64,000 nucleotides of DNA from Acutalibacteraceae bacterium (GCA_045589535.1 JAZNPE010000048.1:17237-81236); one strand, 5' to 3'. Shown: positions 29,104 to 39,853, counted from the stretch's first letter. Numbers and translations are program-made. Notes: generated by a model not told the origin, from the letters alone.

Positions 29104-29549
29104 GTCATCACCTTCTGCACAATGTAATATACAAGACCGAACACTGTTGATGCAAAAATACCGTAAGCAATAACCGGACCCGAAACCTTAAAAATATTAG
29201 CACCCGTACCCATAACAAAGCCTTCACTCTTATGCTCAAGTGCAGGTGCAACAACTGAATTGGCAAAACCTGTGATCGGAACAACAGTCCCTGCACCCGC
29301 GTATTTTGCAATCTTGTCAAAGATTCCGATACCCGTAAGAATTGCTGCTATAACAATCAGGGTTACGGACACCATTGTACGTGTTTCTACGGTATCCATA
29401 CCGAACATACCGTACAGTTTGAACAGCACTTCACCAAAGCAGCAGATTGCACCGCCGACACTAAATGCCCACAGACAATTTTTCAACACCGGCGATGGTG
29501 GCGATGCTTTTTTTACCATTTCATTGTATTTTTTATTTGAAATATCCAT
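29100..29549 (-). CDS. spoVAC: stage V sporulation protein AC
   Basis: 149 aa. Contains FSVGGAICCFGE and AGAGTVVPITGFANS, conserved SpoVAC/AEb motifs. Confidence 0.85.
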   Translation of the reverse strand: MDISNKKYNEMVKKASPPSPVLKNCLWAFSVGGAICCFGEVLFKLYGMFGMDTVETRTMVSVTLIVIAAILTGIGIFDKIAKYAGAGTVVPITGFANSVVAPALEHKSEGFVMGTGANIFKVSGPVIAYGIFASTVFGLVYYIVQKVMT

Positions 29550-29594
29550 TTCATCAACTCGCTTTCAGATTTATTATCTGCAAACTGATTGATA

Positions 29595-29630
29595 AAATGC
29601 AAAAACCAACCTCTCACGAAGTTGGTTTTT
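29595..29630 (-). terminator. hairpin terminator after the ASKHA-domain gene
   Basis: AAAAACCAAC-N10-GTTGGTTTTT. U-tracts are possible on both strands. Confidence 0.5.
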
Positions 29631-29632
29631 GA

Positions 29633-31015
29633 TTAAAACATCATATTTTCAATAAAAAGCTGTGAAAAATCATTTGTTGATGAAAGATCGACATATTCTG
29701 AATTTTCAAGTATTGATTTCGTTTTGTCTGTTCCGCAGGCATATCTGACTGTTCCGAGCAAGCTGCTGTTGTTAATAGCCTTGCATTTATTTTCTAAGTC
29801 CTTCGGAATAAGACCTGTTTTCACAGCATTATGGAGATTGATTTTTGCGGAAAAACCACCTGAAATATAAACTTTTTCAACATCGTCGTGCATTAATTTT
29901 TTATACTTTAAAAGACTTTCAACTGCTGAAAATATAGCTGATTTTGCAAGCTGATACTGCCTTACATCTGTCTGAGAAATTGAAACTCCGTCTGCAATTC
30001 CAAAAATTTCTTTCTCCATATACCCGGTTTCGTCGATTTCATCATAAAGCAATTCTGCGATAACATCAACAAGTCCCGTACCGCAGATTCCTTTGGGTGC
30101 AACATTACCGACCGTTTGGCAGCCTGACTGAGAATATGCATATACAGCACCGTCGGACGCGTTCATTCCGCAGGAAATATTCGCACCCTCAAAGCAAGGA
30201 CCTGCTGCCGCGGATGTGCAGACAACCTCACTTTCCGAAAACAGTGCGATTTCCGCATTGGTGCCGAGGTCAATGAGCATACTGTATTTTCCGTCTGTAG
30301 GATTCATAATGTAATTCAGTCCTGCAACAATATCTGCACCGACAAACGATGAAATGCAAGGAAGTGATTCTACCCTGCTAATACCTTCCAGACCGATTTC
30401 ACCGCCGTCAGCCGTTTGCTTTTCAAGAAAAACAGGCGTATACGGAGCAACACCTATTGATGACGGGTCAACACCCCAAAACAGATGAAGCATCGTTGTA
30501 TTTCCCGAAACGAAGAGAGGAACGTCTTTTGCACAGTCGAAAGAATCGATCATAGAATTGATTTCATCTATCAGAATTTTATGAAGCGCAGTGTGTGAAG
30601 ATTTACGGCAATACCCGATTCTTGATATCACATCCGCACCGTAAATTTTCTGCGGATTAGTGCGTGTTACTGTATCAATTGCCGCTTTATTATCAAGAGA
30701 AACCAGTGCAAGTGCAAGAGTTGTTGTACCGATATCAAGAGCAAAGCACGCATTCTCCGTTCGTGATGTAACGGTACGGATTCCCGTTTCCGAAATAATT
30801 TCGTTTTTTTCGGGCACAGTAACTTCCATATCCGAGGTTATAATATATTGGCAGGAGAGTTTGGCTTTGCCGTTAACAAGTACGGTGCATTTTTTGCAGG
30901 TACCCTTTCCGCCGCATGGTCGGTCAACGTATATGCCGTTTTTTATAAGTATATCGGAAAGTTTTTCACCGTTTTCGGCATACAGTATTTTATTTTTCAA
31001 AAATATTTCCGGCAT
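29633..31015 (-). CDS. 2Fe-2S ferredoxin domain fused to an ASKHA ATPase (DUF4445 / corrinoid-activase-like)
   Basis: N-terminal CGGKGTCKKC...C ferredoxin motif, followed by actin-like ATPase phosphate motifs FALDIGTTT and IDLGTNAE. Confidence 0.65.
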   Translation of the reverse strand: MPEIFLKNKILYAENGEKLSDILIKNGIYVDRPCGGKGTCKKCTVLVNGKAKLSCQYIITSDMEVTVPEKNEIISETGIRTVTSRTENACFALDIGTTTLALALVSLDNKAAIDTVTRTNPQKIYGADVISRIGYCRKSSHTALHKILIDEINSMIDSFDCAKDVPLFVSGNTTMLHLFWGVDPSSIGVAPYTPVFLEKQTADGGEIGLEGISRVESLPCISSFVGADIVAGLNYIMNPTDGKYSMLIDLGTNAEIALFSESEVVCTSAAAGPCFEGANISCGMNASDGAVYAYSQSGCQTVGNVAPKGICGTGLVDVIAELLYDEIDETGYMEKEIFGIADGVSISQTDVRQYQLAKSAIFSAVESLLKYKKLMHDDVEKVYISGGFSAKINLHNAVKTGLIPKDLENKCKAINNSSLLGTVRYACGTDKTKSILENSEYVDLSSTNDFSQLFIENMMF

Positions 31016-31048
31016 AGTCTCCCTCCTTTGCGGTTAATAATCAAAAGT

Positions 31049-31378
31049 TCAATACAATAATTCTTTCAGTTTATCAAGGAATGCCTCTTCGCCCCAGGTG
31101 TTGATTTTAAAAAACATCGCCTGGCTTCCGCCGGAAGTAATTGCCGAAAGATGAATGGGGCCGTTTCCGTTCTGAAACAGAGTTACATTCATACTGACGC
31201 GATTTCCGCCTGCATAGCTGTAGCGTTCAAAAACGCGGACACTGCACCTTGCATCGCCGTCGCAAAAATCGCTCGAATCTTCAAGCGAAGCCGATACATT
31301 ACCGCCCAATATTCCGTTCTCGATTGTTTTTAATAACTGCTCAAAATCTCCGTTAATGATTTGCTCAAACTTTGCCAT
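31049..31378 (-). CDS. hypothetical 109-aa protein
   Basis: Has the RBS GGAGGG and a TGgTATAAT extended -10 at 31419-31427. No family recognised. Confidence 0.5.
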   Translation of the reverse strand: MAKFEQIINGDFEQLLKTIENGILGGNVSASLEDSSDFCDGDARCSVRVFERYSYAGGNRVSMNVTLFQNGNGPIHLSAITSGGSQAMFFKINTWGEEAFLDKLKELLY

Positions 31379-31437
31379 TGTTTTCCCTCCGTTCTTTTCG
31401 ACTATGTCTGTTTAGTTAATTATACCACATATGTGCA

Positions 31438-31469
31438 CAAAAAAACAACTCCGCCCGAAGCGGAGTTGT
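31438..31469 (-). terminator. rho-independent terminator of trpB
   Basis: Minus strand ACAACTCCGC-ttcgg-GCGGAGTTGT followed by TTTTTTTG. Confidence 0.8.
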
Positions 31470-31474
31470 AATAA

Positions 31475-32695
31475 TTATCTGATGCCGTAATTTTCGATGA
31501 TGTAGTCCATATCCTTGTCGCCTCTGCCTGAGAGGTTGATAAGCACTGAACCGTGATCCATTCTCTCTGCAAGCTTCATACCGTATGCAACAGCGTGTGA
31601 GCTTTCAATTGCAGGAATGATACCCTCAAGACGTGAAAGCTTGAAGAATGCATCAATTGTTTCGTCATCATTGATAACATCATACTTAACCCTACCGATT
31701 TCCTGAAGGAAAGCGTGTTCAGGACCTGATGACGGATAGTCAAGTCCGCTTGCGACAGAATAAACCGGTGCCGGCTCACCGTATTCGTCCTTAAGCATAA
31801 TGCTGTTGAAGCCGTGCATAATGCCCTCTGTGCCGTACTTAAGGCTTGCCGCGTGGTCGCCGAGCTTCTCGCCTCTGCCGAGAGGCTCTATGCCGTAGAT
31901 ATTAACAGGGTCATTGAGGAAGCCTGCAAAAAGACCTGCCGCATTACTGCCGCCGCCGACACAAGCTACGATCGCATTCGGAAGATGACCTGTCATTTCG
32001 ATAAATTGTTCTCTTGCCTCGATACCTACAACACTCTGGAAATCACGTACCATCATCGGAAACGGATGAGGTCCAAGAACTGAGCCGATACAGTAAATAG
32101 CGTCGTTATATTCCTTGCTGTATGCATCAAAAGCCGCGTCAACAGCCTCTTTAAGGGTCTGAAGACCGTGTGTTACCTCAACAACATTTGCGCCGAGAAT
32201 CTTCATTCTTGCAACGTTCGGAGCCTGTTTTTTGATATCAACAGAGCCCATGTAAATATCACATTCAAGTCCGAAATATGCCGCCGCAGTTGCAAGGGCA
32301 ACACCGTGCTGACCTGCGCCTGTTTCAGCAATAACCTTTTTCTTACCCATATATTTTGCAAGAAGAGCCTCACCCATACAATGGTTGAGCTTGTGAGCAC
32401 CTGAGTGGTTAAGGTCCTCACGCTTTGCATAAAGCTGTACTTTTCCGCCGAGCGCATCCGAAAGACGCTCAAGGTGTGTTACGGGAGTCGGTCGGCCCTG
32501 GAACTCCTTACGGATTCTGCGAAGCTCAGCAATAAACTTTCTTGACTGACAGATTGAATAGTAAGCCTCTGTTGTTTCAGCCATAGCTGCTTTGAGCTTA
32601 TCGTCAACAAATACTCCGCCGTATTTGCCGAAATATCCGTTTTTATCGGGGTAGTTATTAAAATAAGTATCAAAATCAATTCCGTTGAGTTTCAT
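31475..32695 (-). CDS. trpB: tryptophan synthase beta chain, stand-alone
   Basis: TrpB sequence ([27 protein letters not shown]). Start set at the second ATG (MKLNGIDF), behind GGAGGAA. No trpA is adjacent. Confidence 0.85.
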   Translation of the reverse strand: MKLNGIDFDTYFNNYPDKNGYFGKYGGVFVDDKLKAAMAETTEAYYSICQSRKFIAELRRIRKEFQGRPTPVTHLERLSDALGGKVQLYAKREDLNHSGAHKLNHCMGEALLAKYMGKKKVIAETGAGQHGVALATAAAYFGLECDIYMGSVDIKKQAPNVARMKILGANVVEVTHGLQTLKEAVDAAFDAYSKEYNDAIYCIGSVLGPHPFPMMVRDFQSVVGIEAREQFIEMTGHLPNAIVACVGGGSNAAGLFAGFLNDPVNIYGIEPLGRGEKLGDHAASLKYGTEGIMHGFNSIMLKDEYGEPAPVYSVASGLDYPSSGPEHAFLQEIGRVKYDVINDDETIDAFFKLSRLEGIIPAIESSHAVAYGMKLAERMDHGSVLINLSGRGDKDMDYIIENYGIR

Positions 32696-32799
32696 AATAA
32701 ATTCCTCCATAAGTTAAGATTATAATATTTTCGGTTCAGACTGAGCTTCGCCATCGTTTTGTAAGCAATACCATAATCTTCCTCCTGAAATAGTCTTTC

Positions 32800-33086
32800 T
32801 GACAAAAACAAAACGTCCCTGACAGAATTACTTAATCTGTCAAGGACGAATAAAACTTATCCGCGGTGCCACCTTGTTTCACGGGTTACCGTGCACTTTC
32901 AGAATACTGACATATTCCTGCCAACTAACGTATGGCTGACGTTGCAGAATACTTTGCGTTACGCATTTGACTGCACCCTCCGCGGTCCATTTGACGAAGT
33001 GTTTCTTACCTGATTTTCAGCATCGCAGGCTCTCTGTAAAGGCATCATCGCCGTTATCTCCGCATCAACGGTTTAACTTTAAATTT
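32800..33086 (-). promoter_or_regulatory. T-box riboswitch leader, Trp specifier (UGG at 32987-32989)
   Basis: Minus strand shows an AGAGAG bulge motif, a GCTGAAAA distal loop and the specifier AAA-UGG-A just before the lower helix. The T-box motif GGTGGCACCGCGG is at 32861-32873. The terminator CGTCCTTGACAG...CTGTCAGGGACG is followed by TTTTGTTTTT (32801-32848). Confidence 0.8.
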
Positions 33087-33092
33087 TGGCTT

Positions 33093-33121
33093 ATTATATC
33101 ACCGTAGCTTCAAGTTGTCAA
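33093..33121 (-). promoter_or_regulatory. consensus sigma-A promoter for the trpB T-box leader
   Basis: Minus strand TTGACA, 17 nt spacer, TATAAT. Both hexamers are perfect. Confidence 0.7.
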
Positions 33122-33138
33122 TGGTTTGATGAAAACTT

Positions 33139-34101
33139 TCAGTTGTTAACATCTTCCTTAAGGTATTTTTCGATGCAAGACACGACAAGATTCCTTGCCG
33201 TATTCACGTTTCCGCTTACCGTACACCCTGCAGCCCTCGGATGTCCGCCGCCGCCGAGCATTGCACAGACCGCCGAAGCATCAACACCTTCGTGCGTTCT
33301 CATTGACACTTTGAAGGTTCCGTCTGTTTTTTCACGCATCGTTACACCGACCGCAACACCCTCAATCTGTCTGGGAATCGCGGCAATCGCATCAACTTCA
33401 CTCTCGTCCGAACCGCTTCTGCGGTACATATCCTGAGTAATTGTGATAAATGCACATTTACCGTCAAGATACATTTTCATCGACTCAAGAGCAAGACGTT
33501 CAAGCGCAACATAAGTTCTTGTTTTGGTTTCAAACATTATGACATTGATTTTACTGTGGTCGGCTCCTGATTCAATCATTTCAGCCGCCATACGCATGGT
33601 TCTCGGAGTAACGTTTGCATACCTGAAACAGCCCGTATCTGTTGAAAGTCCCGTGAAAATGCAATCTGCAATACTCTTGGTAATTTCAACACCGAGCTCC
33701 TTTATGACATCAAGAATAATCTCGCACGCTGCCGCCGCAGACGGGTCAAGAAGCGTCTTCTCTGCATAAAGTCTGTTCGAGCCGTGATGGTCAATACAAA
33801 GCTTTACCCTGCCGCCGAAGCGTGCTTCAAAATCTACACCGAGAAGCTTGGCATCTGCAACATCAACCGCAATGATGTTATCATATTCGATGTCTTCCTC
33901 GCACAATCTGCCCATATAAGAATACTTTTCCGGAGCAGTGTCGCCGCAACGGACAACCGCATTTTTTCCGTAGCTTTTCAACGCTTCACAAAGAGCAAAG
34001 CCGCAACCGAGAGTATCCCCGTCAGGGTGTGAATGTGTAAGAATCAGAAAGTCATCATTATTTTTAAGGAATTCTACCGCTTGTTTCAGGTCAATAATCA
34101 T
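33139..34101 (-). CDS. nrnA: DHH/DHHA1 phosphoesterase (NrnA-type oligoribonuclease/pAp phosphatase)
   Basis: Contains LILTHSHPDGDTLGCGFAL, DHH and GGGH motifs. Follows rbfA, as in many Firmicutes. Confidence 0.75.
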   Translation of the reverse strand: MIIDLKQAVEFLKNNDDFLILTHSHPDGDTLGCGFALCEALKSYGKNAVVRCGDTAPEKYSYMGRLCEEDIEYDNIIAVDVADAKLLGVDFEARFGGRVKLCIDHHGSNRLYAEKTLLDPSAAAACEIILDVIKELGVEITKSIADCIFTGLSTDTGCFRYANVTPRTMRMAAEMIESGADHSKINVIMFETKTRTYVALERLALESMKMYLDGKCAFITITQDMYRRSGSDESEVDAIAAIPRQIEGVAVGVTMREKTDGTFKVSMRTHEGVDASAVCAMLGGGGHPRAAGCTVSGNVNTARNLVVSCIEKYLKEDVNN

Positions 34102-34128
34102 AATCCCTCATCCCTCAATTATAACGGA

Positions 34129-34470
34129 TTATTTTAAATCATCCATAATTTTTACAATGTTCATACCGTGTTCAATGGAATCGTCTGCAATAAACACAAG
34201 CTCGGGTGTTTTCCTCAAATGCAGACGCTTTCCAACCTCACGGCGGACATATCCCGTTGCACTCTTAAGACCCTTGACAGCTTCTTTTGCCGTATCAAGA
34301 CCTTCGAGTGCGCTGATGTAAACCTTTGCATACGAAGCATCTGAGCTTACTTCAACACGTACAACGGTAAGCATTTTATCCAGCACCCTAGGATCCTTAA
34401 GCTCACGGATAATTGCAATTATCTCGCGCTTGATATCCTCGGACACTCTGTCAATTCTGTATCCCGCCAT
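34129..34470 (-). CDS. rbfA: ribosome-binding factor A
   Basis: 113 aa. RbfA pattern (RVSEDIKREI...DPRV...VEVS.D...AKVY). Downstream of infB. Confidence 0.85.
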   Translation of the reverse strand: MAGYRIDRVSEDIKREIIAIIRELKDPRVLDKMLTVVRVEVSSDASYAKVYISALEGLDTAKEAVKGLKSATGYVRREVGKRLHLRKTPELVFIADDSIEHGMNIVKIMDDLK

Positions 34471-34482
34471 AAATACCTCTTA

Positions 34483-36882
34483 TCAATCTCTGTATTCTTC
34501 GATAATATATGCTTCGAAGATGTCGCCTTCCTTGATATCGCCGAACTTGTTAAGGCCGATACCGCATTCGTAGTTGGAAGCGACTTCCTTAACGTCATCC
34601 TTGAAACGGCGGAGTGATGAAATTTCGTCATCAGCAAGTACGATACCGTCACGGACAACACGGATTTTTGAATTTCTTGTGATTTTACCGTCAAGAACGT
34701 AACAACCTGCAATCTTACCTACAGAAGAGATGTTGATAACGTTTCTTACCTCACAGCGACCCTGTTCAACCTCACGGAACTTCGGAGCAAGCATACCCTT
34801 GATCGCTGCCTGGATTTCCTCGATGCAGTCGTAGATGATACGGTACATTCTCATTTCAACACCGTCACGCTCTGCAAACTGAACAGCAACGGGGTCGGGA
34901 CGTACATTGAAGCCGACGATGATAGCATTTGATGCGTTAGCAAGCATAACGTCTGACTCACTCGGAGCACCGACGCCGTTATGAATAACACGAACGCGTA
35001 CTTCTTCGTTTGAGAGCTTTTCAAGGCTCTGCTTGACAGCTTCTGCCGAACCCTGAACGTCAGCCTTGACGATAACGTTGAGATCCTTCATTTCGCCTTC
35101 CTTAAGTGAGTCAAAGAGGTTATCAAGAGTAACCTTCTGCATTGAGTTGAACTGATCTTCCTTAGCTTCGCTCTTTCTCTGCTCAACAAGCTCACGTGCA
35201 AGACGCTCGTCGCTTACTGCGTCAAAGATATCGCCTGCCTGCGGAACTTCAGCAAGACCTGTAATTTCAACAGGAACTGACGGACCTGCAACCTTAACCT
35301 TTTTGCCCTTATCATCTGTCATTACACGTACACGGCCGACCGCTGTACCTGCAACGATGATATCACCTGAATTAAGTGTACCCTTCTGAACAAGGAGAGT
35401 TGCAACAGGACCACGACCCTTATCAAGACGGGCTTCGATAACAATACCCTTTGCAGCTCTGTTCGGGTTAGCCTTAAGCTCCTGCATCTCAGCAACAAGA
35501 AGGATATTTTCAAGAAGAGTATCAATACCCATATGAGTTTTTGCAGAAACAGGTACACAGATAACATCACCGCCCCACTCTTCGGGAACAAGGCTGTGCT
35601 CTGTAAGCTGCTGCATAATTCTGTCCGGGTTGACATCCTGCTTATCCATCTTATTGATAGCAACAATAATCTGAACACCTGCAGCCTTTGCGTGGTTGAT
35701 AGCTTCGATTGTCTGCGGCATAATACCGTCATCAGCGGCAACAACAAGAACTGCAATATCTGTAGCCTGAGCACCGCGGGCACGCATTGATGTGAAAGCT
35801 GCGTGGCCGGGAGTGTCAAGGAAAGTAATCTTCTGACCGTTGAGGTCAACTCTGTAAGCACCGATATGCTGAGTGATACCGCCTGCTTCAGTTGTTGTAA
35901 CAGACGTGTTTCTGATAGCGTCAAGAAGCGATGTCTTACCGTGGTCAACGTGACCCATTACGCAGACAACGGGATCACGGAGGACAAGGTCCTCATCTGT
36001 ATCTTCACTGTCGTCGATGATTCTGTCTTCGATTGTGACAACAACTTCTCTTTCAACCTTTGCACCAAGCTCTGTTGCAACGATTTCAGCTGTATCGTAA
36101 TCGATAACTTCGTTTACGCTTGCCATCTGACCGAGCATAAAGAGCTTTTTGATAACTTCTGCAGCTGTCATATGAAGAAGCTCGGCAAGAGCACCGACTG
36201 TGATCTCTTCGGGAACCTGAATCTTAAGCTGAGGCTTCTTTGCTCTCTCTGCTGCGATTCTCTGAAGTCTTTCCTGCTCAGTCTCTCTTCTTGAAGAACG
36301 CATACCCTGCTTACGGTACTGCTGTGACTTCTGCTTGAGCTTCTGTTTATTTACTGTTTTATCGTTCTGAACACCGCGGTTTGCGGGAGCAATATTCTCA
36401 TAACGCTCGTTGTACTTTTCAAGATCAACATTGTTTGCTCTTGTATCAACTGTTCTTGCTTCACCCTTTGTTCTGCTCTGCGGCTTAGCATTGGGATCCT
36501 TTTCCTTTTTCTTCGGAGGATTGTTCTGCGGCTGCTGTGCCTTTTCGGGAGCCTTATTCTGCTTTGCAGGCTCAGCCTTCTTCTCTTTATTACTCTTTTC
36601 CGCAGTAACTTCAGCAGCTTTTTTCTCTGCCTTTTCCTCTTTCTTCGGCTCTTCTGCTTTTTCTTCCTTCTTCGGTTCATTCGCTGTTGCGAAGTAAGCA
36701 TCAAAGCTATCAACGCTGTTTTCCTTGGTATAAACCTCAAAAATAACGTCAAGCTCGTTTTCTTCAAGAGCTGTCATAGACTTTTTCTGTCCGTCAAAAT
36801 ATTTGCCTAAAAGCTCAAGCACACTTTTGCTCGGCACATCGAAATCCTTAGCGACCTCGTGGACTCGGTATTTATTTATCAT
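34483..36882 (-). CDS. infB: translation initiation factor IF-2
   Basis: 799 aa. K/E-rich N-terminal region, G-domain [22 protein letters not shown]. Confidence 0.95.
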   Translation of the reverse strand: MINKYRVHEVAKDFDVPSKSVLELLGKYFDGQKKSMTALEENELDVIFEVYTKENSVDSFDAYFATANEPKKEEKAEEPKKEEKAEKKAAEVTAEKSNKEKKAEPAKQNKAPEKAQQPQNNPPKKKEKDPNAKPQSRTKGEARTVDTRANNVDLEKYNERYENIAPANRGVQNDKTVNKQKLKQKSQQYRKQGMRSSRRETEQERLQRIAAERAKKPQLKIQVPEEITVGALAELLHMTAAEVIKKLFMLGQMASVNEVIDYDTAEIVATELGAKVEREVVVTIEDRIIDDSEDTDEDLVLRDPVVCVMGHVDHGKTSLLDAIRNTSVTTTEAGGITQHIGAYRVDLNGQKITFLDTPGHAAFTSMRARGAQATDIAVLVVAADDGIMPQTIEAINHAKAAGVQIIVAINKMDKQDVNPDRIMQQLTEHSLVPEEWGGDVICVPVSAKTHMGIDTLLENILLVAEMQELKANPNRAAKGIVIEARLDKGRGPVATLLVQKGTLNSGDIIVAGTAVGRVRVMTDDKGKKVKVAGPSVPVEITGLAEVPQAGDIFDAVSDERLARELVEQRKSEAKEDQFNSMQKVTLDNLFDSLKEGEMKDLNVIVKADVQGSAEAVKQSLEKLSNEEVRVRVIHNGVGAPSESDVMLANASNAIIVGFNVRPDPVAVQFAERDGVEMRMYRIIYDCIEEIQAAIKGMLAPKFREVEQGRCEVRNVINISSVGKIAGCYVLDGKITRNSKIRVVRDGIVLADDEISSLRRFKDDVKEVASNYECGIGLNKFGDIKEGDIFEAYIIEEYRD

Positions 36883-37208
36883 AAACCTCGCTCCTTTCCG
36901 GATTTGTTATCGTTAATTTTCGTGATTAGTGTTTTTGCAAAACCTTCATCGTCAACCGTAAAAACCGCAGCCTTGAAGCTTGTGGCATTTTTTATATCGA
37001 GCATCGTATAGCTGACATCGAAGATTTTCACACCTGCATTTTTTGCAAGTGAAGTAATTTCATCATTAAGTCTTTGTGAAGCATCACTGCATATTATGCA
37101 AAGACTTGCACTTCCTGCCTTGAGAGCCAGCTTGCAGGCATCGTGACCGAGGCTGAGCTTTCCGGCTTTTCGGCAAAGACCTAAGAGACTGAGTGCTGAA
37201 TCATTCAT
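36879..37208 (-). CDS. L7Ae-family RNA-binding protein (YlxQ-like)
   Basis: 109 aa. Contains [10 protein letters not shown]. Sits between ylxR and infB. Confidence 0.75.
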   Translation of the reverse strand: MNDSALSLLGLCRKAGKLSLGHDACKLALKAGSASLCIICSDASQRLNDEITSLAKNAGVKIFDVSYTMLDIKNATSFKAAVFTVDDEGFAKTLITKINDNKSGKERGL

Positions 37209-37473
37209 GATTTTTCAGCTCCTCTTCCATTTTATCGTAAACCTCATCGGGAATCTGCATCTGAAAAGATTTTTCGATTCTCTTGGATTTTCTTGCAATT
37301 TTAAGACACTGCGCATTCGGGCAGATATAAGCTCCCCTGCCGTTGACACGCCCCGTAAGGTCCATAAGCACCTCGTCATCGGGAGTTTTGACAACGCGGA
37401 CAAGCTCCTTTTTCGGCTTCATTTCGCCGCAGCCCGTACATTTGCGAAGCGGTATCTTCTTTTTCTGTTGCAT
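37201..37473 (-). CDS. YlxR/RnpM-family (DUF448) RNA-binding protein
   Basis: 90 aa. Contains PLRKCTGCGEMKPKKELVRVV and GRGAYIC. Confidence 0.85.
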   Translation of the reverse strand: MQQKKKIPLRKCTGCGEMKPKKELVRVVKTPDDEVLMDLTGRVNGRGAYICPNAQCLKIARKSKRIEKSFQMQIPDEVYDKMEEELKNHE

Positions 37474-37488
37474 TCCTATTCCTCCTTA

Positions 37489-38565
37489 TTAAAGGATGAT
37501 AGAAGGTTCGATTTTTCCGCTTTCGGGTTTGATATCAATTTTCCAGCCTGTGAGCTTTGCTGCAAGACGTGCATTCTGACCCTTGTTACCGATAGCAAGT
37601 GAAAGCTGAAGGTCAGGAACGATTACACGGCAAGCCTTTTCGCCGTTTTCATCAACTGTTACTGACACAACATCTGCCGGAGCAAGAGCTGCTGCAACGA
37701 ACTCTGCAGGGTTTTCGCTGTACTTAACGATGTCGATTTTCTCACCGTAGAGCATATCAACAATCTTGCCGACACGTGCGCCGCGCGGACCTATACATGC
37801 GCCTACTGCATCAACATTTTCGTCTGCACTGTAAACAGCAATCTTTGTTCTTGAACCTGCCTCACGTGAAACTGACTTGATTTCAACAGTACCGTCGTAG
37901 ATTTCAGGAACCTCTGATTCAAACAATCTCTTTACAAGGCCCGGATGTGTTCTTGAAATGGTAGCTTTAGGACCGCGTCTGCCCATTTCTTTTGCATCTG
38001 AAACGCTTGCAATATAAACCTTGATAAGTGCGCCTGGAACGAGTGTTTCACCCGGAATCTGCTCACTCTTAAAGAGTGTTTCCTGAGCCTTGCCGATTTC
38101 AACAACTGCATCACCTGTTTCAGGATCAACACGTGAAACCTTAGCCGTAACAATTTCCTGATTATGGCTCTGGAATTCTTCACGGAGCCTGCCGTGTTCA
38201 GCCTCCCTGATACCCTGACGGATAACGTGCTTACCCTTGTCAGCAGCGATACGGCTTACTTCCTTTGTTTCAAGCTCAATTTCGATTATATCGCCTACAA
38301 GAGCTGTTGCCTTGTACTTCTGAGCCTGCTCAAGTGTCATATCCTCATCGGGATCAACAATTTCAGAAACAACATTCTTTCTTACGAAAACGCGCATTGT
38401 TTCATCTTCGGGATTGAGCTCACAGAAAACGATATCCTTATTATTATAGTCACGCTTAACTGCTGTCACGAGAGCTCTCTGGATGCCGTCACAAAGTGTT
38501 TCCATCGGGATTCCTTTTTCTTTTTCAAGCATCTTGAGTGCCATAAAAAGTTCCTTGTTTACCAT
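37489..38565 (-). CDS. nusA: transcription termination/antitermination factor NusA
   Basis: 358 aa. S1 and KH domain sequence (GDIIEIE..., IGPRGARV, AIGNKGQNARLAAKLTGWKIDI). Confidence 0.95.
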   Translation of the reverse strand: MVNKELFMALKMLEKEKGIPMETLCDGIQRALVTAVKRDYNNKDIVFCELNPEDETMRVFVRKNVVSEIVDPDEDMTLEQAQKYKATALVGDIIEIELETKEVSRIAADKGKHVIRQGIREAEHGRLREEFQSHNQEIVTAKVSRVDPETGDAVVEIGKAQETLFKSEQIPGETLVPGALIKVYIASVSDAKEMGRRGPKATISRTHPGLVKRLFESEVPEIYDGTVEIKSVSREAGSRTKIAVYSADENVDAVGACIGPRGARVGKIVDMLYGEKIDIVKYSENPAEFVAAALAPADVVSVTVDENGEKACRVIVPDLQLSLAIGNKGQNARLAAKLTGWKIDIKPESGKIEPSIIL

Positions 38566-39050
38566 TATTCTACTCCTCCGAAATCATCAAGTTTAACATA
38601 AGATGTTTCTTTTTTATTAATCATGAGCTTTGTGCCGTCCTCCGACAGAAGCTCAAAGTTTCCGTTATCATAGCTTTCAAGGATACCCTTGAATTCTCTT
38701 TGTCCGTCAACAGGACGGATAAGCTTTACCATAATTTTTTCGCCGAGGCTTTTTTCAAAATGAGCATCACGCTTAAGATCACGTTCCAGACCCGGTGAAG
38801 AAACCTCAAGACAATAGCTCTGTTCGATAGGATCTGCCTCGTCAAGCGGTTTATCAATCGCGTGGCTCATATCAACACAGTCATCAATTGAAACTCCGCC
38901 ATCTTTGTCAATGAATATACGAAGAAACCAATCTGCGCCTTCCTTTTCGAAGCGTACGTCCCAGATTTCAAGACCGAGAGACTGAGCAATAGGCTCTGCA
39001 ATTTCCCATACGGTGTTGACGGTATTACCGCCCTTACCCTTTGAAGCCAT
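38565..39050 (-). CDS. rimP: ribosome maturation factor RimP
   Basis: 161 aa. Contains LEVSSPGLERDLK. Upstream of nusA. Confidence 0.85.
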   Translation of the reverse strand: MASKGKGGNTVNTVWEIAEPIAQSLGLEIWDVRFEKEGADWFLRIFIDKDGGVSIDDCVDMSHAIDKPLDEADPIEQSYCLEVSSPGLERDLKRDAHFEKSLGEKIMVKLIRPVDGQREFKGILESYDNGNFELLSEDGTKLMINKKETSYVKLDDFGGVE

Positions 39051-39136
39051 ACTATAACCTCCTTACTGTTCCATAACAACACAAAAGAGCGGGTTGCCCC
39101 ACTCCTTTGTCAATACATTCTAAAGTTTACTGTAAT

Positions 39137-39165
39137 ATAATATCACATTATTTCTGAAATATCAA
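39137..39165 (-). promoter_or_regulatory. candidate promoter of the rimP-nusA-infB operon
   Basis: Minus strand TTGATA, 17 nt spacer, TATTAT. Confidence 0.45.
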
Positions 39166-39179
39166 GTGTTTTTTTGAAA

Positions 39180-39839
39180 TTAAAGTTTATTAAACTTATT
39201 GAGCACAAGAACTGTTATAACAGCTACTACGATTGTGATGAACATAAGTGTACCTGCGCCCATTGTCGGATCTACGAAATAGAGGAATGCAACACCGGCA
39301 ATAAGAGGAGTAATCATAATCTTCCAATGTTTGAGAATGTAACCTGCAGCAAGTGAACCGAAAAGAGCCGGAAGAACATAATCAAATGCCGGAGCAAGAG
39401 TACCCTCTGTAAGGACGCTGAGGTAAGGACCGAAAGCAAGAACACCGACCGCAATAACAACCGTTGTTACGATTGCAGAAACTGCAATTGCAATAGTTGT
39501 TATAACTTCGCCTTCTTCAGTGTTTGCACGAACCTTAGCCTGCTCCATAGCCTTAAGACCGCAGGGAAGCTTGAGGTTTGAGATATTACCCGTAACAAAG
39601 CTGAGATAAGCACCGCCGGGACCGAGAAGAGGAACATATGTTATAACCTCAACGATGGCGGTAAGCCAATAAAGAGCCATAAGCTTCGGCATAATGCTCA
39701 GAAGTGCATTTGCTTCAGGCCACACATTCCAGCGAATACAAACCGCAACCGGGATACAAAGAAGAACGAGCAATGCACCTATATTCCAAAGTATACCCCA
39801 TCTGTGAACTCTGTCAAAATAATCTTTCTGGTTAATCAT
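39180..39839 (-). CDS. polytopic membrane protein, unknown function
   Basis: 219 aa with about 6 hydrophobic segments. Lies 14 nt downstream of the preceding membrane protein gene. Confidence 0.5.
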   Translation of the reverse strand: MINQKDYFDRVHRWGILWNIGALLVLLCIPVAVCIRWNVWPEANALLSIMPKLMALYWLTAIVEVITYVPLLGPGGAYLSFVTGNISNLKLPCGLKAMEQAKVRANTEEGEVITTIAIAVSAIVTTVVIAVGVLAFGPYLSVLTEGTLAPAFDYVLPALFGSLAAGYILKHWKIMITPLIAGVAFLYFVDPTMGAGTLMFITIVVAVITVLVLNKFNKL

Positions 39840-39853
39840 TGTCTGTCCCTCCC

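Noticed and set aside
29550-29600. Possible sigma-G/F forespore promoter upstream of spoVAC
   Set aside because: There are only loose matches (GCATT ... CAGATAATA) to the GHATR-N18-CATxHTA type consensus. I could not support it from sequence alone.
35322-36767. Several long alternative-frame or antisense ORFs inside infB (208 aa, 163 aa, 138 aa, 95 aa) and apparent repeats at 36.4-36.7 kb
   Set aside because: infB is unambiguous. The repeats are the low-complexity K/E/A-rich N-terminal region typical of IF-2, not a DNA repeat element or a separate gene.
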